Shown: positions 16,470-26,933 of the stretch, in pieces
Numbering within the stretch: the first letter of the stretch is position 1
Layout of the letters: every line of letters begins with the position of its first letter
NCBI GenBank assembly: GCA_022791575.1
Contig: JAAVZI010000079.1
Span: 1 to 35,894 of the forward strand
Direction: 5' to 3'
DNA length: 35,894 nt
Source of the DNA: Lachnospiraceae bacterium
GTDB lineage: Bacteria; Bacillota; Clostridia; Lachnospirales; Lachnospiraceae
The notes under the pieces: model-generated
What the model saw: only the letters and a program-made list of their open reading frames with translations
Told to the model about the DNA's origin: nothing
Database searches by the model: none
Program-made: the position numbers and the translations under genes

Positions 16470-17657
16470 ATGGAAAAAATATTATTTACATCAGAATCGG
16501 TAACCGAAGGCCATCCAGATAAAGTCTGCGATCAGGTATCAGACGCAGTATTGGATGCATTAATGGAACTGGACCCGATGAGCAGGGTTGCATGCGAGAC
16601 CTGTACTAATACGGGATTTATTATGATTATGGGAGAGATTACTTCCCAAGCACAAGTAGATTATGAGAAGATTATTAGAGATACGGTCCGTGGAATCGGT
16701 TATGATCGCCCTGAATATGGCTTTGATGCGAACACCTGTGATGTTTATGTAAGACTGGATAAACAGTCGACCGATATTGCTATGGGTGTCGATAAAGCGT
16801 TTGAGGCAAAGAAGAACCAGATGTCAGATGCAGAGATTGAAGCAATCGGTGCTGGCGATCAGGGAATGATGTTCGGCTATGCAAGCAACGAGACAGAGGA
16901 ATATATGCCATATCCGATTTCTTTGGCACATAAGCTGGCATTACGGCTGACTCAGGTTCGTAAGGATGGAACCTTGAAGTATTTAAGACCAGACGGAAAG
17001 ACCCAGGTTAGTGTGGAATATGATGAAAAGGGAACACCAGTTCATCTGGAAGCGGTGGTATTGTCAACGCAGCACGACCCAGATGTATCACAAGAACAGA
17101 TTCATGAGGATATTAAGAAATATGTATTGGACCCGATTCTGCCGGCAGAATTGGTAGATGAAGAAACTCAATACTTTATTAACCCAACAGGACGTTTTGT
17201 AATTGGCGGACCCAATGGTGATAGTGGTTTGACCGGACGTAAAATCATAGTTGATACATATGGTGGTTATGCACGCCACGGCGGCGGCGCTTTTTCCGGT
17301 AAGGATTGTACCAAGGTAGACCGTTCAGCTGCATATGCAGCTCGTTATATTGCGAAGAATATTGTAGCAGCAGGTCTGGCCGATAAATGTGAGATACAGT
17401 TATCTTATGCAATTGGCGTTGCGCATCCCATGTCAATCCGCATTGATACATTTGGCACAGGTAAGCTTGCTGAAGAAAAGTTAGTGGAGATTGTCAGAGA
17501 AAACTTTGATTTGAGACCAGCGGGCATTATCCAGATGCTGGATCTGCGCAGACCGATTTATAAGCAAACAGCTGCATATGGACATTTTGGAAGAAATGAT
17601 TTGGATCTTCCATGGGAAAAGTTAGATAAAGTGGAAGTACTTAAGAAATATTTATAA
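16470..17657 (+). CDS. metK: S-adenosylmethionine synthetase
   Basis: 395 aa with [21 protein letters not shown] motifs. AAGGAG ribosome-binding site. Confidence 0.95.
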   Translation: MEKILFTSESVTEGHPDKVCDQVSDAVLDALMELDPMSRVACETCTNTGFIMIMGEITSQAQVDYEKIIRDTVRGIGYDRPEYGFDANTCDVYVRLDKQSTDIAMGVDKAFEAKKNQMSDAEIEAIGAGDQGMMFGYASNETEEYMPYPISLAHKLALRLTQVRKDGTLKYLRPDGKTQVSVEYDEKGTPVHLEAVVLSTQHDPDVSQEQIHEDIKKYVLDPILPAELVDEETQYFINPTGRFVIGGPNGDSGLTGRKIIVDTYGGYARHGGGAFSGKDCTKVDRSAAYAARYIAKNIVAAGLADKCEIQLSYAIGVAHPMSIRIDTFGTGKLAEEKLVEIVRENFDLRPAGIIQMLDLRRPIYKQTAAYGHFGRNDLDLPWEKLDKVEVLKKYL

Positions 17658-17683
17658 AGAACTGATAGCATACATATATAAGA

Positions 17684-17712
17684 AAGACTGCTGGTATTCG
17701 GCAGTCTTTTTT
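17684..17712 (+). terminator. rho-independent terminator after metK (stem aagactgc/gcagtctt plus T6)
   Basis: 8-bp inverted repeat followed by TTTTTT. Confidence 0.7.
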
Positions 17713-17820
17713 GTTAAAATAATCTAAAAAGATAATAAAAAAAAATAAAATAGTTAAAACTATATAAAATTATGATATAATAAAAAGTATCTGTATAGAG
17801 ACAGAGAAATTTGGGGGATA

Positions 17821-19356
17821 GTGAGAGAGAAATGGATTGCCAGGAAGGAGCAGGCAGTTTTGAAACTAAGAACAAAAGTAATCATGGCCTTTTTTGTAAT
17901 CATTATTTTACCGCTAAGCGTCATGTTTTTAACCTTTTATGCATTTACGTATCTGCAGCTGCAGGAAATACAGAATTTTTATGGTGTGGAACTGGAAGGG
18001 TACGAGGCGATATCCAATTCTGTGCAGCTATTAAACAAACAGACGACCGATGTATACATAGAGATTTTAGAAAAGACTGAGCGAGACCCAGGGGCATTAG
18101 AGGAGCCATCCTACCAGCGCAGGCTTAACGATCAGTTACAAGAACAGAGTTCTTATCTAATTGTTAAAAAAAATGACAGGCTGGTGTTCCGCGGAGAACT
18201 GGAGAAAAGCGAACGGATTGTTTCCTATCTTCCTCCTTATGGAAGCAATGGCCGGGATATCAATGGAAGTAATTATGTAACCCCAGAAAAGGCGTTGGTG
18301 CGCGGTGTAGATTTTATATGTGCAGACGGTGCTCCGGGCAGTGCATTTATAGTTACCGATATTAATGAGATTATTCCTCAACTTCGAGAGCTGTTCTCCA
18401 GGATTATTGGAGCAATTATTGTGATTATGGTAATTACTGCATTTATGATTATGATATGGATCTATCGTTCCATGATTAATCCCATCCATAGGCTTCAGAC
18501 CGCAGTAAATGAGATTTCGCAGGGAAATCTGGAATATAAGATAGGAAAATGGGAATCTGGGAAAACGGAATTTGGCCAGTTATATGCAGATTTTGATAAT
18601 ATGCGTCGGCAGTTAAAACAGTCAAATGAGGATAAGGAGAAATTTCATAAGGAAAACAGAGAGTTGATCGCAAATATTTCCCATGATCTGAAAACACCGA
18701 TTACTTCAGTAAAAGGTTATATAGAGGGAATTCGGGACGGAGTTGCAGATACGCCTGAAAAGAGAGCCCGTTATCTATCCATTATATATAACAAGGCAAT
18801 GGATATGGACAGACTGATTAATGAATTAAATATTTATTCTAAAATTGATACCAATACCATACAATATAGCTTTCAGTTTATTAATATTTCAGGTTATTTC
18901 AGTGACTGTGTTGAAGAGGTGGGGATGGACCTGCAGTCTAAGAATATAGAATTGTCGTATTATGATTATACGAATAAGAAGCTGTTGATTAAAGCAGATC
19001 CAGAACAACTGAAACGAGTAGTAAACAATGTTATTGGTAATTCTGTAAAATATATGGATAAGGAAAAAGGGTTTATCAACATTTACATTAAAGATATAGG
19101 GAAGGAAGTACAGGTTGAGATAGAAGATAATGGAAAGGGAATTGCTCAGGAAGATATTCCACGGATATTTGAACGTTTCTATCGTACCGATGCTTCCAGA
19201 AATTCAGCGCAGGGCGGCAGCGGAATTGGACTTTCTATTGTAAAGAAGATCATTCAGGATCATGGTGGAAAGCTCTGGGCGTCAAGCCGGGAAAAGAAGG
19301 GAACAACAATCTATTTTACCTTAAAAAAATATTCAGAGGAGGATAAGTATGAGTAA
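17821..19356 (+). CDS. sensor histidine kinase (2 TM, HAMP, HisKA, HATPase_c)
   Basis: H-box ISHDLKTPITSVKGYIEGI. N, G1 and G2 boxes (NNVIGNSVKY, IEDNGKGI, GGSGIGLSIV). GTG at 17821. In-frame alternatives are TTG 17860 (AGGAG-9 nt) and ATG 17884. Confidence 0.85.
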   Translation: MREKWIARKEQAVLKLRTKVIMAFFVIIILPLSVMFLTFYAFTYLQLQEIQNFYGVELEGYEAISNSVQLLNKQTTDVYIEILEKTERDPGALEEPSYQRRLNDQLQEQSSYLIVKKNDRLVFRGELEKSERIVSYLPPYGSNGRDINGSNYVTPEKALVRGVDFICADGAPGSAFIVTDINEIIPQLRELFSRIIGAIIVIMVITAFMIMIWIYRSMINPIHRLQTAVNEISQGNLEYKIGKWESGKTEFGQLYADFDNMRRQLKQSNEDKEKFHKENRELIANISHDLKTPITSVKGYIEGIRDGVADTPEKRARYLSIIYNKAMDMDRLINELNIYSKIDTNTIQYSFQFINISGYFSDCVEEVGMDLQSKNIELSYYDYTNKKLLIKADPEQLKRVVNNVIGNSVKYMDKEKGFINIYIKDIGKEVQVEIEDNGKGIAQEDIPRIFERFYRTDASRNSAQGGSGIGLSIVKKIIQDHGGKLWASSREKKGTTIYFTLKKYSEEDKYE

Positions 19357-20038
19357 AGTTTTAATTGTAGAAGATGAAGAGGCAATTGCAGATTTGGAGA
19401 AGGATTATTTGGAGCTTAGTGATTTTACAGTGGAAATTGAGAATCTGGGTGATATTGGCTTAAAGAGGGCTCTGGAAGAAGATTTTGATATTCTGATTCT
19501 GGATATTATGGTTCCGAATGTAGATGGATTTGAAATATGCAGGAGAGTACGTGAGGTGAAAGATCTGCCGATTATTCTGGTTTCTGCCAAAAAAGAAGAT
19601 ATCGACAAGATCCGCGGCCTGGGTCTGGGTGCAGATGATTATATGACCAAGCCTTTTAGTCCCAGTGAGCTAGTTGCCCGTGTAAAGGCTCATCTTGCAC
19701 GTTATCAGCGGCTGATCGGCAGTGCGCAGAAAGAAAATGATATGATAGAGATCCGCGGCCTGCGCATAGATAAAACAGCCAGAAGAGTTTATGTAGATGA
19801 TGAAGAGAAAACTTTTACTACGAAAGAATTTGATCTGTTGACATTTCTTGCGCAGAATCCCAATCATGTATATAAGAAAGAAGAATTATTCAGTGAAATC
19901 TGGGATATGGAATCCGTGGGGGACATTGCAACGGTTACGGTGCATATTAAGAAGATACGTGAGAAGATTGAGAAGAATACGGCTAAGCCGGAATATATTG
20001 AGACCATCTGGGGCGTGGGTTACAGATTCCGTATCTGA
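19349..20038 (+). CDS. OmpR-family response regulator (REC plus winged-helix)
   Basis: REC residues (VEDEE ... DIMVPNVDGF ... SAKK). C-terminal trans_reg_C (TVHIKKIREKIE ... IETIWGVGYRF). GGAGG ribosome-binding site. Overlaps the HK stop by 8 nt. Confidence 0.9.
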   Translation: MSKVLIVEDEEAIADLEKDYLELSDFTVEIENLGDIGLKRALEEDFDILILDIMVPNVDGFEICRRVREVKDLPIILVSAKKEDIDKIRGLGLGADDYMTKPFSPSELVARVKAHLARYQRLIGSAQKENDMIEIRGLRIDKTARRVYVDDEEKTFTTKEFDLLTFLAQNPNHVYKKEELFSEIWDMESVGDIATVTVHIKKIREKIEKNTAKPEYIETIWGVGYRFRI

Positions 20039-20109
20039 TATAGGAATCCATTCATGGAATGCGGGGATTATGCATATATTTAACCAAGTAAGCCTTAGAG
20101 GTAATTTCT

Positions 20110-20799
20110 ATGGAAAAGAGGAAGCTTGAACTGATTATGGCGGTAATATTAATTGTTGCCGCTGTTTTTTTGTCCACAAAAGGAGCGGTATTCACAGGCA
20201 GCAGCAAGGCTGAGAAAAAGGAATGGACCATCGTGATTGATGCAGGCCACGGCGGAAATGACCCTGGTAAGATCGGCGTCAATAAAGCCAAAGAAAAGGA
20301 CATTAACCTAGCAATTGCCAAGGAACTGCAAAAGCTTCTAAAAAAGAAAAAAATTAATGTAGTCATGGTACGCGAAGAGGACAAAGGATTGTATGAAGAA
20401 GGCAGTAATAGTAAGAAGGTAGAGGATATGCGCAACCGCTGTACACTGATTGACGAGGCAGGGCCTGTCTGTACAATCAGTGTGCATCAGAACAGTTATC
20501 ACGAGTCCAGCATAAAGGGAGCTCAGGTATTCTATTACCAGCATTCAGAAGGGGGCAAAGAAATTGCAGAATGCCTGCAGAAACATCTGATTGATGAGTT
20601 AGATAAGACGAATAAGAGACAGGCAAAGGCAAATGATACCTACTATCTTCTGAAAAAAACGAAAAATCCAACAATTATTGTGGAATGCGGTTTCTTATCT
20701 AACTGGGAGGAAGCAGAGCTGCTGGTAACGGAAAAATATCAGAAAAAGGTGGCAAAAGCGATATGTAACGGTCTTATGGAATATTTGGATGGACAGTGA
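20110..20799 (+). CDS. cwlD: N-acetylmuramoyl-L-alanine amidase CwlD (Amidase_3, germination-specific type)
   Basis: N-terminal TM. IDAGHGGNDPG zinc-binding motif. Size of 229 aa and domain order as in CwlD. Confidence 0.8.
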   Translation: MEKRKLELIMAVILIVAAVFLSTKGAVFTGSSKAEKKEWTIVIDAGHGGNDPGKIGVNKAKEKDINLAIAKELQKLLKKKKINVVMVREEDKGLYEEGSNSKKVEDMRNRCTLIDEAGPVCTISVHQNSYHESSIKGAQVFYYQHSEGGKEIAECLQKHLIDELDKTNKRQAKANDTYYLLKKTKNPTIIVECGFLSNWEEAELLVTEKYQKKVAKAICNGLMEYLDGQ

Positions 20800-20916
20800 A
20801 ATGACAGAAAATAAAAATTGTTATTGTAATCAGGAAAAATATTAGGTATAATCTAAATGGGTTTTTATGATTTTATATGCAAGGAATATTAGTACAGTGA
20901 TAAAAGAGGAATCATC

Positions 20917-21960
20917 ATGGATACAATCATAAATACAGTGGAGACCATTCAGATAGATCAGCAGGTGATCCGGCGGGCTGGAGAGATTATTCGGCAGGGC
21001 GGATTAGTTGCATTTCCAACAGAAACCGTCTATGGACTGGGAGCAGACGCTCTGCAGCCGCAGGCAGCAAAGAAAATCTATGCGGCCAAAGGACGTCCAT
21101 CTGATAATCCCTTGATTATTCATGTAGCTCAGTGGCCGGCGGTGGAAAGGATTGCCCGTCGAGTACCAGAGAGTGCCCGGCTGCTGGCAGAGAAGTTCTG
21201 GCCGGGACCGTTGACTATGATTCTTCCGAAGGCGGAATGTGTTCCTTATGAGACTACTGGTGGGCTGGATACGGCTGCTGTAAGAATGCCAGATCATCCA
21301 GTGGCCTTAGCTTTGATTGCGGCGGCTGGCGGCTATGTAGCTGCACCAAGTGCGAATGTATCTGGAAGACCAAGTCCCACAAGAGCAGAGCATGTGAAGG
21401 AGGATTTGGAGGGCAGGATTGATATGATTTTAGACGGCGGTCCCGTGGGGATCGGCCTAGAGTCAACCATTGTTGATTTAAGTGGAGAGATTCCCATGAT
21501 ATTAAGGCCGGGTGCTATTTCACAGGAAATGCTGGCTCAGGTAATCGGTAAGGTAGAGATGGATCAGGGACTGTTAGAGGAGCATACAGATCTTAGACCC
21601 AAAGCTCCCGGTATGAAATATCGACATTATGCACCAAAAGCAAAGCTGATTGTTGTAGATGGGCAGTCAGAGCAGGTGATAGAAAAGATCAATGCGCTTG
21701 TAGCCCAGATGGAACCATCGAAGGCTGGAATTATCTGTACAGAGGAGACCTTAAACCAGTATCCGCATGGAGTGGTAAAATCTTTGGGAACAAGAGAAGA
21801 TGAAGAATCAATTGCTAGAAATTTGTACAATATATTAAGGGAGTTTGACCAGTCAGAGGTGGAAGTGATCTATTCTGAAGCCTTTCAAACACCAAAAATG
21901 GGACAGGCAATTATGAACCGTCTGCTTAAAGCAGCCGGGCATCAGAAAATGATACTATAG
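20917..21960 (+). CDS. tsaC: L-threonylcarbamoyladenylate synthase (Sua5/YwlC/TsaC family, long form with Sua5 C-terminal domain)
   Basis: VAFPTETVYGLGADAL and KGRPSDNPLIIHV motifs. 347 aa. Confidence 0.88.
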   Translation: MDTIINTVETIQIDQQVIRRAGEIIRQGGLVAFPTETVYGLGADALQPQAAKKIYAAKGRPSDNPLIIHVAQWPAVERIARRVPESARLLAEKFWPGPLTMILPKAECVPYETTGGLDTAAVRMPDHPVALALIAAAGGYVAAPSANVSGRPSPTRAEHVKEDLEGRIDMILDGGPVGIGLESTIVDLSGEIPMILRPGAISQEMLAQVIGKVEMDQGLLEEHTDLRPKAPGMKYRHYAPKAKLIVVDGQSEQVIEKINALVAQMEPSKAGIICTEETLNQYPHGVVKSLGTREDEESIARNLYNILREFDQSEVEVIYSEAFQTPKMGQAIMNRLLKAAGHQKMIL

Positions 21961-21973
21961 GAGGATAAGAAAC

Positions 21974-22402
21974 ATGATAGGATTAGGCAGTGATCAGGCA
22001 GGATATGCATTAAAACAGGAGATTATCCAATATTTGGAAAAGAAAGGGTTGGAGTATAAGGATTATGGTTCTTATGATGAACAGCCTTGTGATTATCCAG
22101 TTTATGGCAAAAAGGTTGCCGAAGCAGTTGCAGCGGGAGAATGTAAAAAAGGAATTCTGATCTGTGGAACTGGGATTGGAATCTCGATTTCAGCAAATAA
22201 AGTAAAAGGGATTCGTGCAGCACTCTGCTCAGACTGCTTTAGTGCGGAGGCAACAAGACTTCATAATGATGCGAATATTGTAGCAATGGGAGCCAGAGTA
22301 GTAGGACCAGGGCTGGCAGTTAAGATTGTGGATACATTTTTAAATACGCCATTTTCAGGTGAAGAGCGTCATAAAAGACGAATCAGCCTGATTGAGGAAT
22401 AA
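21974..22402 (+). CDS. rpiB: ribose-5-phosphate isomerase B
   Basis: 142 aa with GSDQAG, CGTGIGISI motifs. AGGAGG ribosome-binding site. Follows the ywlC-like gene as in Bacillus. Confidence 0.9.
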   Translation: MIGLGSDQAGYALKQEIIQYLEKKGLEYKDYGSYDEQPCDYPVYGKKVAEAVAAGECKKGILICGTGIGISISANKVKGIRAALCSDCFSAEATRLHNDANIVAMGARVVGPGLAVKIVDTFLNTPFSGEERHKRRISLIEE

Positions 22403-22449
22403 GAGAAGGAAGCTTACACAAATTGTGAGTTGTGAAAGGATGTGCAGAT

Positions 22450-24114
22450 ATGACGATGACAGATTTAGAACATTTGTTCTCCTTCGTAGGAGGACTGGGA
22501 ATGTTTCTATATGGCATGAATGTCATGGCTGGCGGGCTGCAGAAGGCTGCCGGCAACAAAATGAAGAATTTAATGGGAGTGCTGACGAATAACCGGCTGC
22601 TAGCCGTTCTTGTTGGTGCGCTGGTCACCGCTATTATTCAGAGTTCTTCCGCAACAACGGTTATGGTAGTAGGTTTTGTAAATGCGGGTATTTTAAATCT
22701 AATTCAGGCAGTAGGTGTAATTATGGGAGCCAATGTCGGTACTACCATCACCAGCTGGCTGGTATCCCTGCAGGAATGGGGCGCGTTTTTAAAGCCGGAA
22801 TTCTTGGCGCCTTTATTTATTGGGATTGGTGCATTTGTTATGCTGTTTACTGCTAGTGAGAGGAAGAAAGATGGCGCGACTATTGCAGTTGGATTTGGAA
22901 TTCTGTTTATTGGACTTAGTTTTATGTCCTCAGCAATCAAGCCTTATAGTGATTCTGCTATATTTGTGAATGCATTTCGTGTGCTGGGGAAGAATCCAAT
23001 CCTGGGTATTCTTGTCGGCGCACTGGTAACAGCAATCATTCAAAGTTCTTCAGCATCTGTCGGAATTTTGCAGACACTGGCATTTAATGGAATGGTAAAT
23101 TGGAATTCGGCAGTATTTATTATGCTGGGACAGAATATAGGTACCTGTGTAACGGCTCTGCTGTCCAGTGTCGGCGCAAATAAGACAGCAAAACGTGCAG
23201 CAGTGATCCATTTGCTGTTTAATGTGATTGGTGCTGTTGTGTTTGGAGTATTGATGTTTGTTATATTTATGCTAAATAAGAACTGGGCATCCTCAACAAT
23301 TAACAGTTTTGAGATTTCTATTTTCCATACGATATTTAATATAGGAAATACAATGATATTGTTCCCATTTGCGAAAAAGCTGGTAAGTCTGTCTGGATTG
23401 TTTATGAAAGAAGAAGCAGCTGTTGATACAGACGAAGAAAAAACAATGCTTCGTCATCTGGACGAACGTATATTCGAGACACCATCTTTTGCAGTGTTAA
23501 ACGCAGTATTAGAAGTGGTTCATATGGGTGAGATTACGTATCAGAATGTAAAGCGTGCCTTTACGGCAGTTACCCAGAATGATACTAAGATTATTTCAGA
23601 AGTTTATGAGACGGAGAAGACCATTGATGCCATGGCACAGATGATATCTGACTATCTGGTGAAAATTAATAACCTAGAGCTGAATGAGGAACAGCATAAT
23701 TTGATCAGCGATTTGTTCTATACGGTCAGTGATATTGAACGGATTGGCGATCATGCAGAGAATTTGGCGGATCTGGCAGAATTCAAGGTAAAAAATGAGA
23801 TTACATTTTCGGAGAGTGCAGCAGAAGAATTAAAAGATATGGTAGAAATGGTCAATCATGCGGTTGCTTATTCTATTGCATCCAGAAAGAATCAGGAGAT
23901 TACTCTGGCAGATCAGGCAAGGGAATATGAGAATCAGGTAGATGAGATAGAGGAATTGCTGCGGACCAAGCATATCGAGCGGTTGGCAAATAATCTGTGC
24001 CAGCCCAAAGCAGGTGTGGTATTCCTGGATATTTTAAGTAATCTGGAACGAATTTCAGATCATGCAGATAATATTGCAGAATATGTGGAAAATGAGGTTA
24101 TGAAACAGGGTTAG
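22450..24114 (+). CDS. Na/Pi-cotransporter family protein (two PNaS repeats plus C-terminal PhoU-like domains)
   Basis: Repeated AIIQSSSAT / AIIQSSSAS motifs. C-terminal PhoU-like repeats (ERIGDHAEN, ERISDHADN). ATG 22450 is preferred because of AAAGGA-9 nt. The ORF is open from GTG 22432. Confidence 0.85.
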   Translation: MTMTDLEHLFSFVGGLGMFLYGMNVMAGGLQKAAGNKMKNLMGVLTNNRLLAVLVGALVTAIIQSSSATTVMVVGFVNAGILNLIQAVGVIMGANVGTTITSWLVSLQEWGAFLKPEFLAPLFIGIGAFVMLFTASERKKDGATIAVGFGILFIGLSFMSSAIKPYSDSAIFVNAFRVLGKNPILGILVGALVTAIIQSSSASVGILQTLAFNGMVNWNSAVFIMLGQNIGTCVTALLSSVGANKTAKRAAVIHLLFNVIGAVVFGVLMFVIFMLNKNWASSTINSFEISIFHTIFNIGNTMILFPFAKKLVSLSGLFMKEEAAVDTDEEKTMLRHLDERIFETPSFAVLNAVLEVVHMGEITYQNVKRAFTAVTQNDTKIISEVYETEKTIDAMAQMISDYLVKINNLELNEEQHNLISDLFYTVSDIERIGDHAENLADLAEFKVKNEITFSESAAEELKDMVEMVNHAVAYSIASRKNQEITLADQAREYENQVDEIEELLRTKHIERLANNLCQPKAGVVFLDILSNLERISDHADNIAEYVENEVMKQG

Positions 24115-24130
24115 CGTCCAGGAGGAATAT

Positions 24131-25084
24131 ATGGTTAAGAAATTATTGTTCGTCTTTAATCCCCATGCTGGGAAAGCGAAAATTAAACCCAAGCTTGCAG
24201 ATATTATAGATGAATTTGTAAAAAGCGGCTATTGGGTAACTGCTTATACGACACAGAGTACAGCAGATGCCAAAAGAATTGTCAGGGAACATGCAGGAGA
24301 ATACGATATAGTAGTCTGTTCAGGCGGGGATGGAACCTTGAATGAAGTCGTTAACGGCATGGTGGAATCAAAAGCAGATATCCCCATTGGCTACATTCCG
24401 GCTGGTTCTACGAATGATTATGGAAGAAGTCTGGGAATTCCAAGGAATATGCTGAAAGCAGCCAAAGTGATTACTCAAGGCAGGGATTTTCAAAGTGATC
24501 TGGGTATTCTGAATGATAAAAGCTTTGTCTATGTGGCGGCATTCGGAGCATTTACCAAAGTATCTTATGAAACGAGCCAGCAGGTAAAAAATGTACTCGG
24601 ACATTCTGTCTACCTACTGGAAGGAGTGAAAAGTATTGCCGATATTCAGGCGTATCCTATGCGCATTGAGGTGGAGGATGAAGTGTTAGAAGATAGCTTT
24701 ATCTTTGGTATGATTACGAATACCCTCTCGGTCGGCGGCTTTAAGAATCTGACAGGAAAAGAAGTGATATTGGACGATGGATTGTTTGAGATGACATTTA
24801 TCAGCAAGCCCTCAAATCCTCTGGAACTGCAGTCTATATTGGCAGGACTGATGATTGAGAGTATTTCGTCCAAATGTATTCATAAATTTAAGGCCAGTCA
24901 CGTAAGACTTCAGGCAAAACAAGAAGTTCCCTGGACAATCGATGGTGAATATGGCGGAGACCATAGAGAGGTCGAAATAGAAAATCTAATGCAGGCATTT
25001 AAGATACGAATTGATGAGAATCATATGAATCTGTCTGCTGACCTAGTTCTTCTGGAAGATGATGACGACGAAGATGAAGAATAA
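24131..25084 (+). CDS. diacylglycerol/lipid kinase family protein (DagK/YegS/BmrU)
   Basis: LLFVFNPHAGKAK, VVCSGGDGTLNEVVNG motifs. GGAGG ribosome-binding site. Confidence 0.85.
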   Translation: MVKKLLFVFNPHAGKAKIKPKLADIIDEFVKSGYWVTAYTTQSTADAKRIVREHAGEYDIVVCSGGDGTLNEVVNGMVESKADIPIGYIPAGSTNDYGRSLGIPRNMLKAAKVITQGRDFQSDLGILNDKSFVYVAAFGAFTKVSYETSQQVKNVLGHSVYLLEGVKSIADIQAYPMRIEVEDEVLEDSFIFGMITNTLSVGGFKNLTGKEVILDDGLFEMTFISKPSNPLELQSILAGLMIESISSKCIHKFKASHVRLQAKQEVPWTIDGEYGGDHREVEIENLMQAFKIRIDENHMNLSADLVLLEDDDDEDEE

Positions 25085-25171
25085 AATTCACAGGAAATAT
25101 GAAATAATAGTTTCTTTTTTGGAAGATATAGGTTATACTTAATGTATATAGAAAGAGGAGGTCATAATAAC

Positions 25172-26038
25172 ATGTTAGTATCAGCAAAAGAAATGTTACA
25201 AAAAGCAAAGGCTGGACATTATGCAGTGGGCCAGTTCAATATCAACAATTTAGAGTGGACAAAAGCGGCTTTGGCAGCTGCCGAAGAGTGCAAGTCTCCC
25301 ATCATCTTGGGTGTATCGGAAGGTGCTGGAAAATATATGGCAGGCTATAAGACCGTTACAGGAATGGTAAATGGAATGCTGCAGGAATTGAAACCAACCG
25401 TTCCAGTAGCGCTTCATCTGGATCATGGAAGTTATGAAGGCTGCTTAAAATGTATTGAAGCAGGATTTTCTTCCATAATGTTTGATGGCTCTCATTATCC
25501 GATTGATGAAAACATTGCCAAGACCAAAGAACTGGTAGCAATCTGCAAAGAAAAGGGAATCTCCCTTGAGGCAGAAGTTGGTTCCATCGGAGGAGAAGAG
25601 GACGGTGTAATCGGAGCTGGCGAAGTGGCAGACCCGAAGGAGTGCAAAGCAATTGCAGATCTGGGAATCACCATGCTGGCTGCAGGAATCGGTAATATCC
25701 ATGGTAAATATCCAGAGAATTGGCAGGGCTTAAGCTTTGAGACATTGGATGCGATCCAGGCACTGACCGGAGACATGCCTTTAGTACTTCATGGAGGAAC
25801 TGGAATTCCAGAGGATATGATTAAGAAAGCGATTTCACTGGGTGTTGCCAAGATTAATGTAAATACAGAATGCCAGTTAAGTTTTGCTGCTGCAACAAGA
25901 GAATATATTGAAGCCGGTAAGGATCAGCAAGGAAAGGGCTTTGACCCACGTAAGCTGTTATTGCCAGGTGCAGAGGCAATTAAGGCAACGATTATTGAGA
26001 AGATGAACTTATTCGGTTCTGTTGGAAAGGCTGAGTAA
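25172..26038 (+). CDS. fba: class II fructose-1,6-bisphosphate aldolase
   Basis: HLDHGS, LHGGTGIP motifs. AGGAGG-8 nt before the ATG at 25172. The ORF is open from 25142 but that start has no ribosome-binding site. Confidence 0.9.
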   Translation: MLVSAKEMLQKAKAGHYAVGQFNINNLEWTKAALAAAEECKSPIILGVSEGAGKYMAGYKTVTGMVNGMLQELKPTVPVALHLDHGSYEGCLKCIEAGFSSIMFDGSHYPIDENIAKTKELVAICKEKGISLEAEVGSIGGEEDGVIGAGEVADPKECKAIADLGITMLAAGIGNIHGKYPENWQGLSFETLDAIQALTGDMPLVLHGGTGIPEDMIKKAISLGVAKINVNTECQLSFAAATREYIEAGKDQQGKGFDPRKLLLPGAEAIKATIIEKMNLFGSVGKAE

Positions 26039-26056
26039 AATAGAGTAGAAGGTCAG

Positions 26057-26096
26057 GGGATTCTAAGAGAATGTAAGGGCTTAGAATCCCTTTTTT
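26057..26096 (+). terminator. rho-independent terminator after fba (11-bp stem gggattctaag/cttagaatccc plus T6)
   Basis: Perfect inverted repeat plus T-run. Confidence 0.8.
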
Positions 26097-26112
26097 ATAA
26101 ATGGAGAAAAGC

Positions 26113-26904
26113 ATGAATATAGAATTATGTTTATTTAAAGGTGGAGTCCGCAGGGCGCTTACCATGAGCTTTGATGACGGTAAGGAATTTGATGTACCGC
26201 TGGCACAAATGTTTGATAAATATGGAATCAAAGGAACCTTTCATATAAACAGTGGAAATCTGAATAAAGAGACTTATCTGACAGACGAACAGGTTCGAAT
26301 GATTGGAAAAAATCATGAAATATCCGTTCATGGAAAAACACATCCGTTTCTGGATAAGATCCCTCTGCCGTTTGCTTTGCAGGAGGTTATGGAGGACAAG
26401 GCTGCTTTGGAGAAGCTGACCGATTATCCGGTCAGGGGAATGTCATACCCTTACGGAACCTATAATGAAGAGGTGATACAGCTGTTAAGGGGTGCAGGAA
26501 TGGAGTATAGCCGAACGATCAATAATACAAGAAGCTTTTACCCGCCGGAGGATTTCATGAAGTGGCATCCAACCTGCCATCAATCTGTGGATCTGACAGA
26601 ATTATGGACGAAGTTTATGAAATTCAATAAACACCAGCGTCTGTTCTATATTTGGGGACATAGCTATGAATTTGACAGAGATCAGTCTTGGGAACATATG
26701 GAAGAATTCTGCAAAATGGCTTCCGGTCATGAAGATATCTGGTTCGCAACCAATATTGAAATTAAAGACTATATTACTGCTATGAGAGGTCTGGTATTTT
26801 CAGCAGACAGAAAAAAGATTTATAATCCGTCCTCTCAAGAAGTATGGCTGAAAGCGGATGGAGAGACCATTTGCATCAGGCCGGGTGAATGCAGACAGTT
26901 ATAA
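26113..26904 (+). CDS. polysaccharide deacetylase family protein (NodB homology domain)
   Basis: TMSFDDG ... H-x-x-H-containing segments. GGAGA-7 nt before ATG 26113. The ORF is open from 26101. Confidence 0.75.
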   Translation: MNIELCLFKGGVRRALTMSFDDGKEFDVPLAQMFDKYGIKGTFHINSGNLNKETYLTDEQVRMIGKNHEISVHGKTHPFLDKIPLPFALQEVMEDKAALEKLTDYPVRGMSYPYGTYNEEVIQLLRGAGMEYSRTINNTRSFYPPEDFMKWHPTCHQSVDLTELWTKFMKFNKHQRLFYIWGHSYEFDRDQSWEHMEEFCKMASGHEDIWFATNIEIKDYITAMRGLVFSADRKKIYNPSSQEVWLKADGETICIRPGECRQL

Positions 26905-26933
26905 TACAGGAACGGCAGTATAGGAGGAAAATT

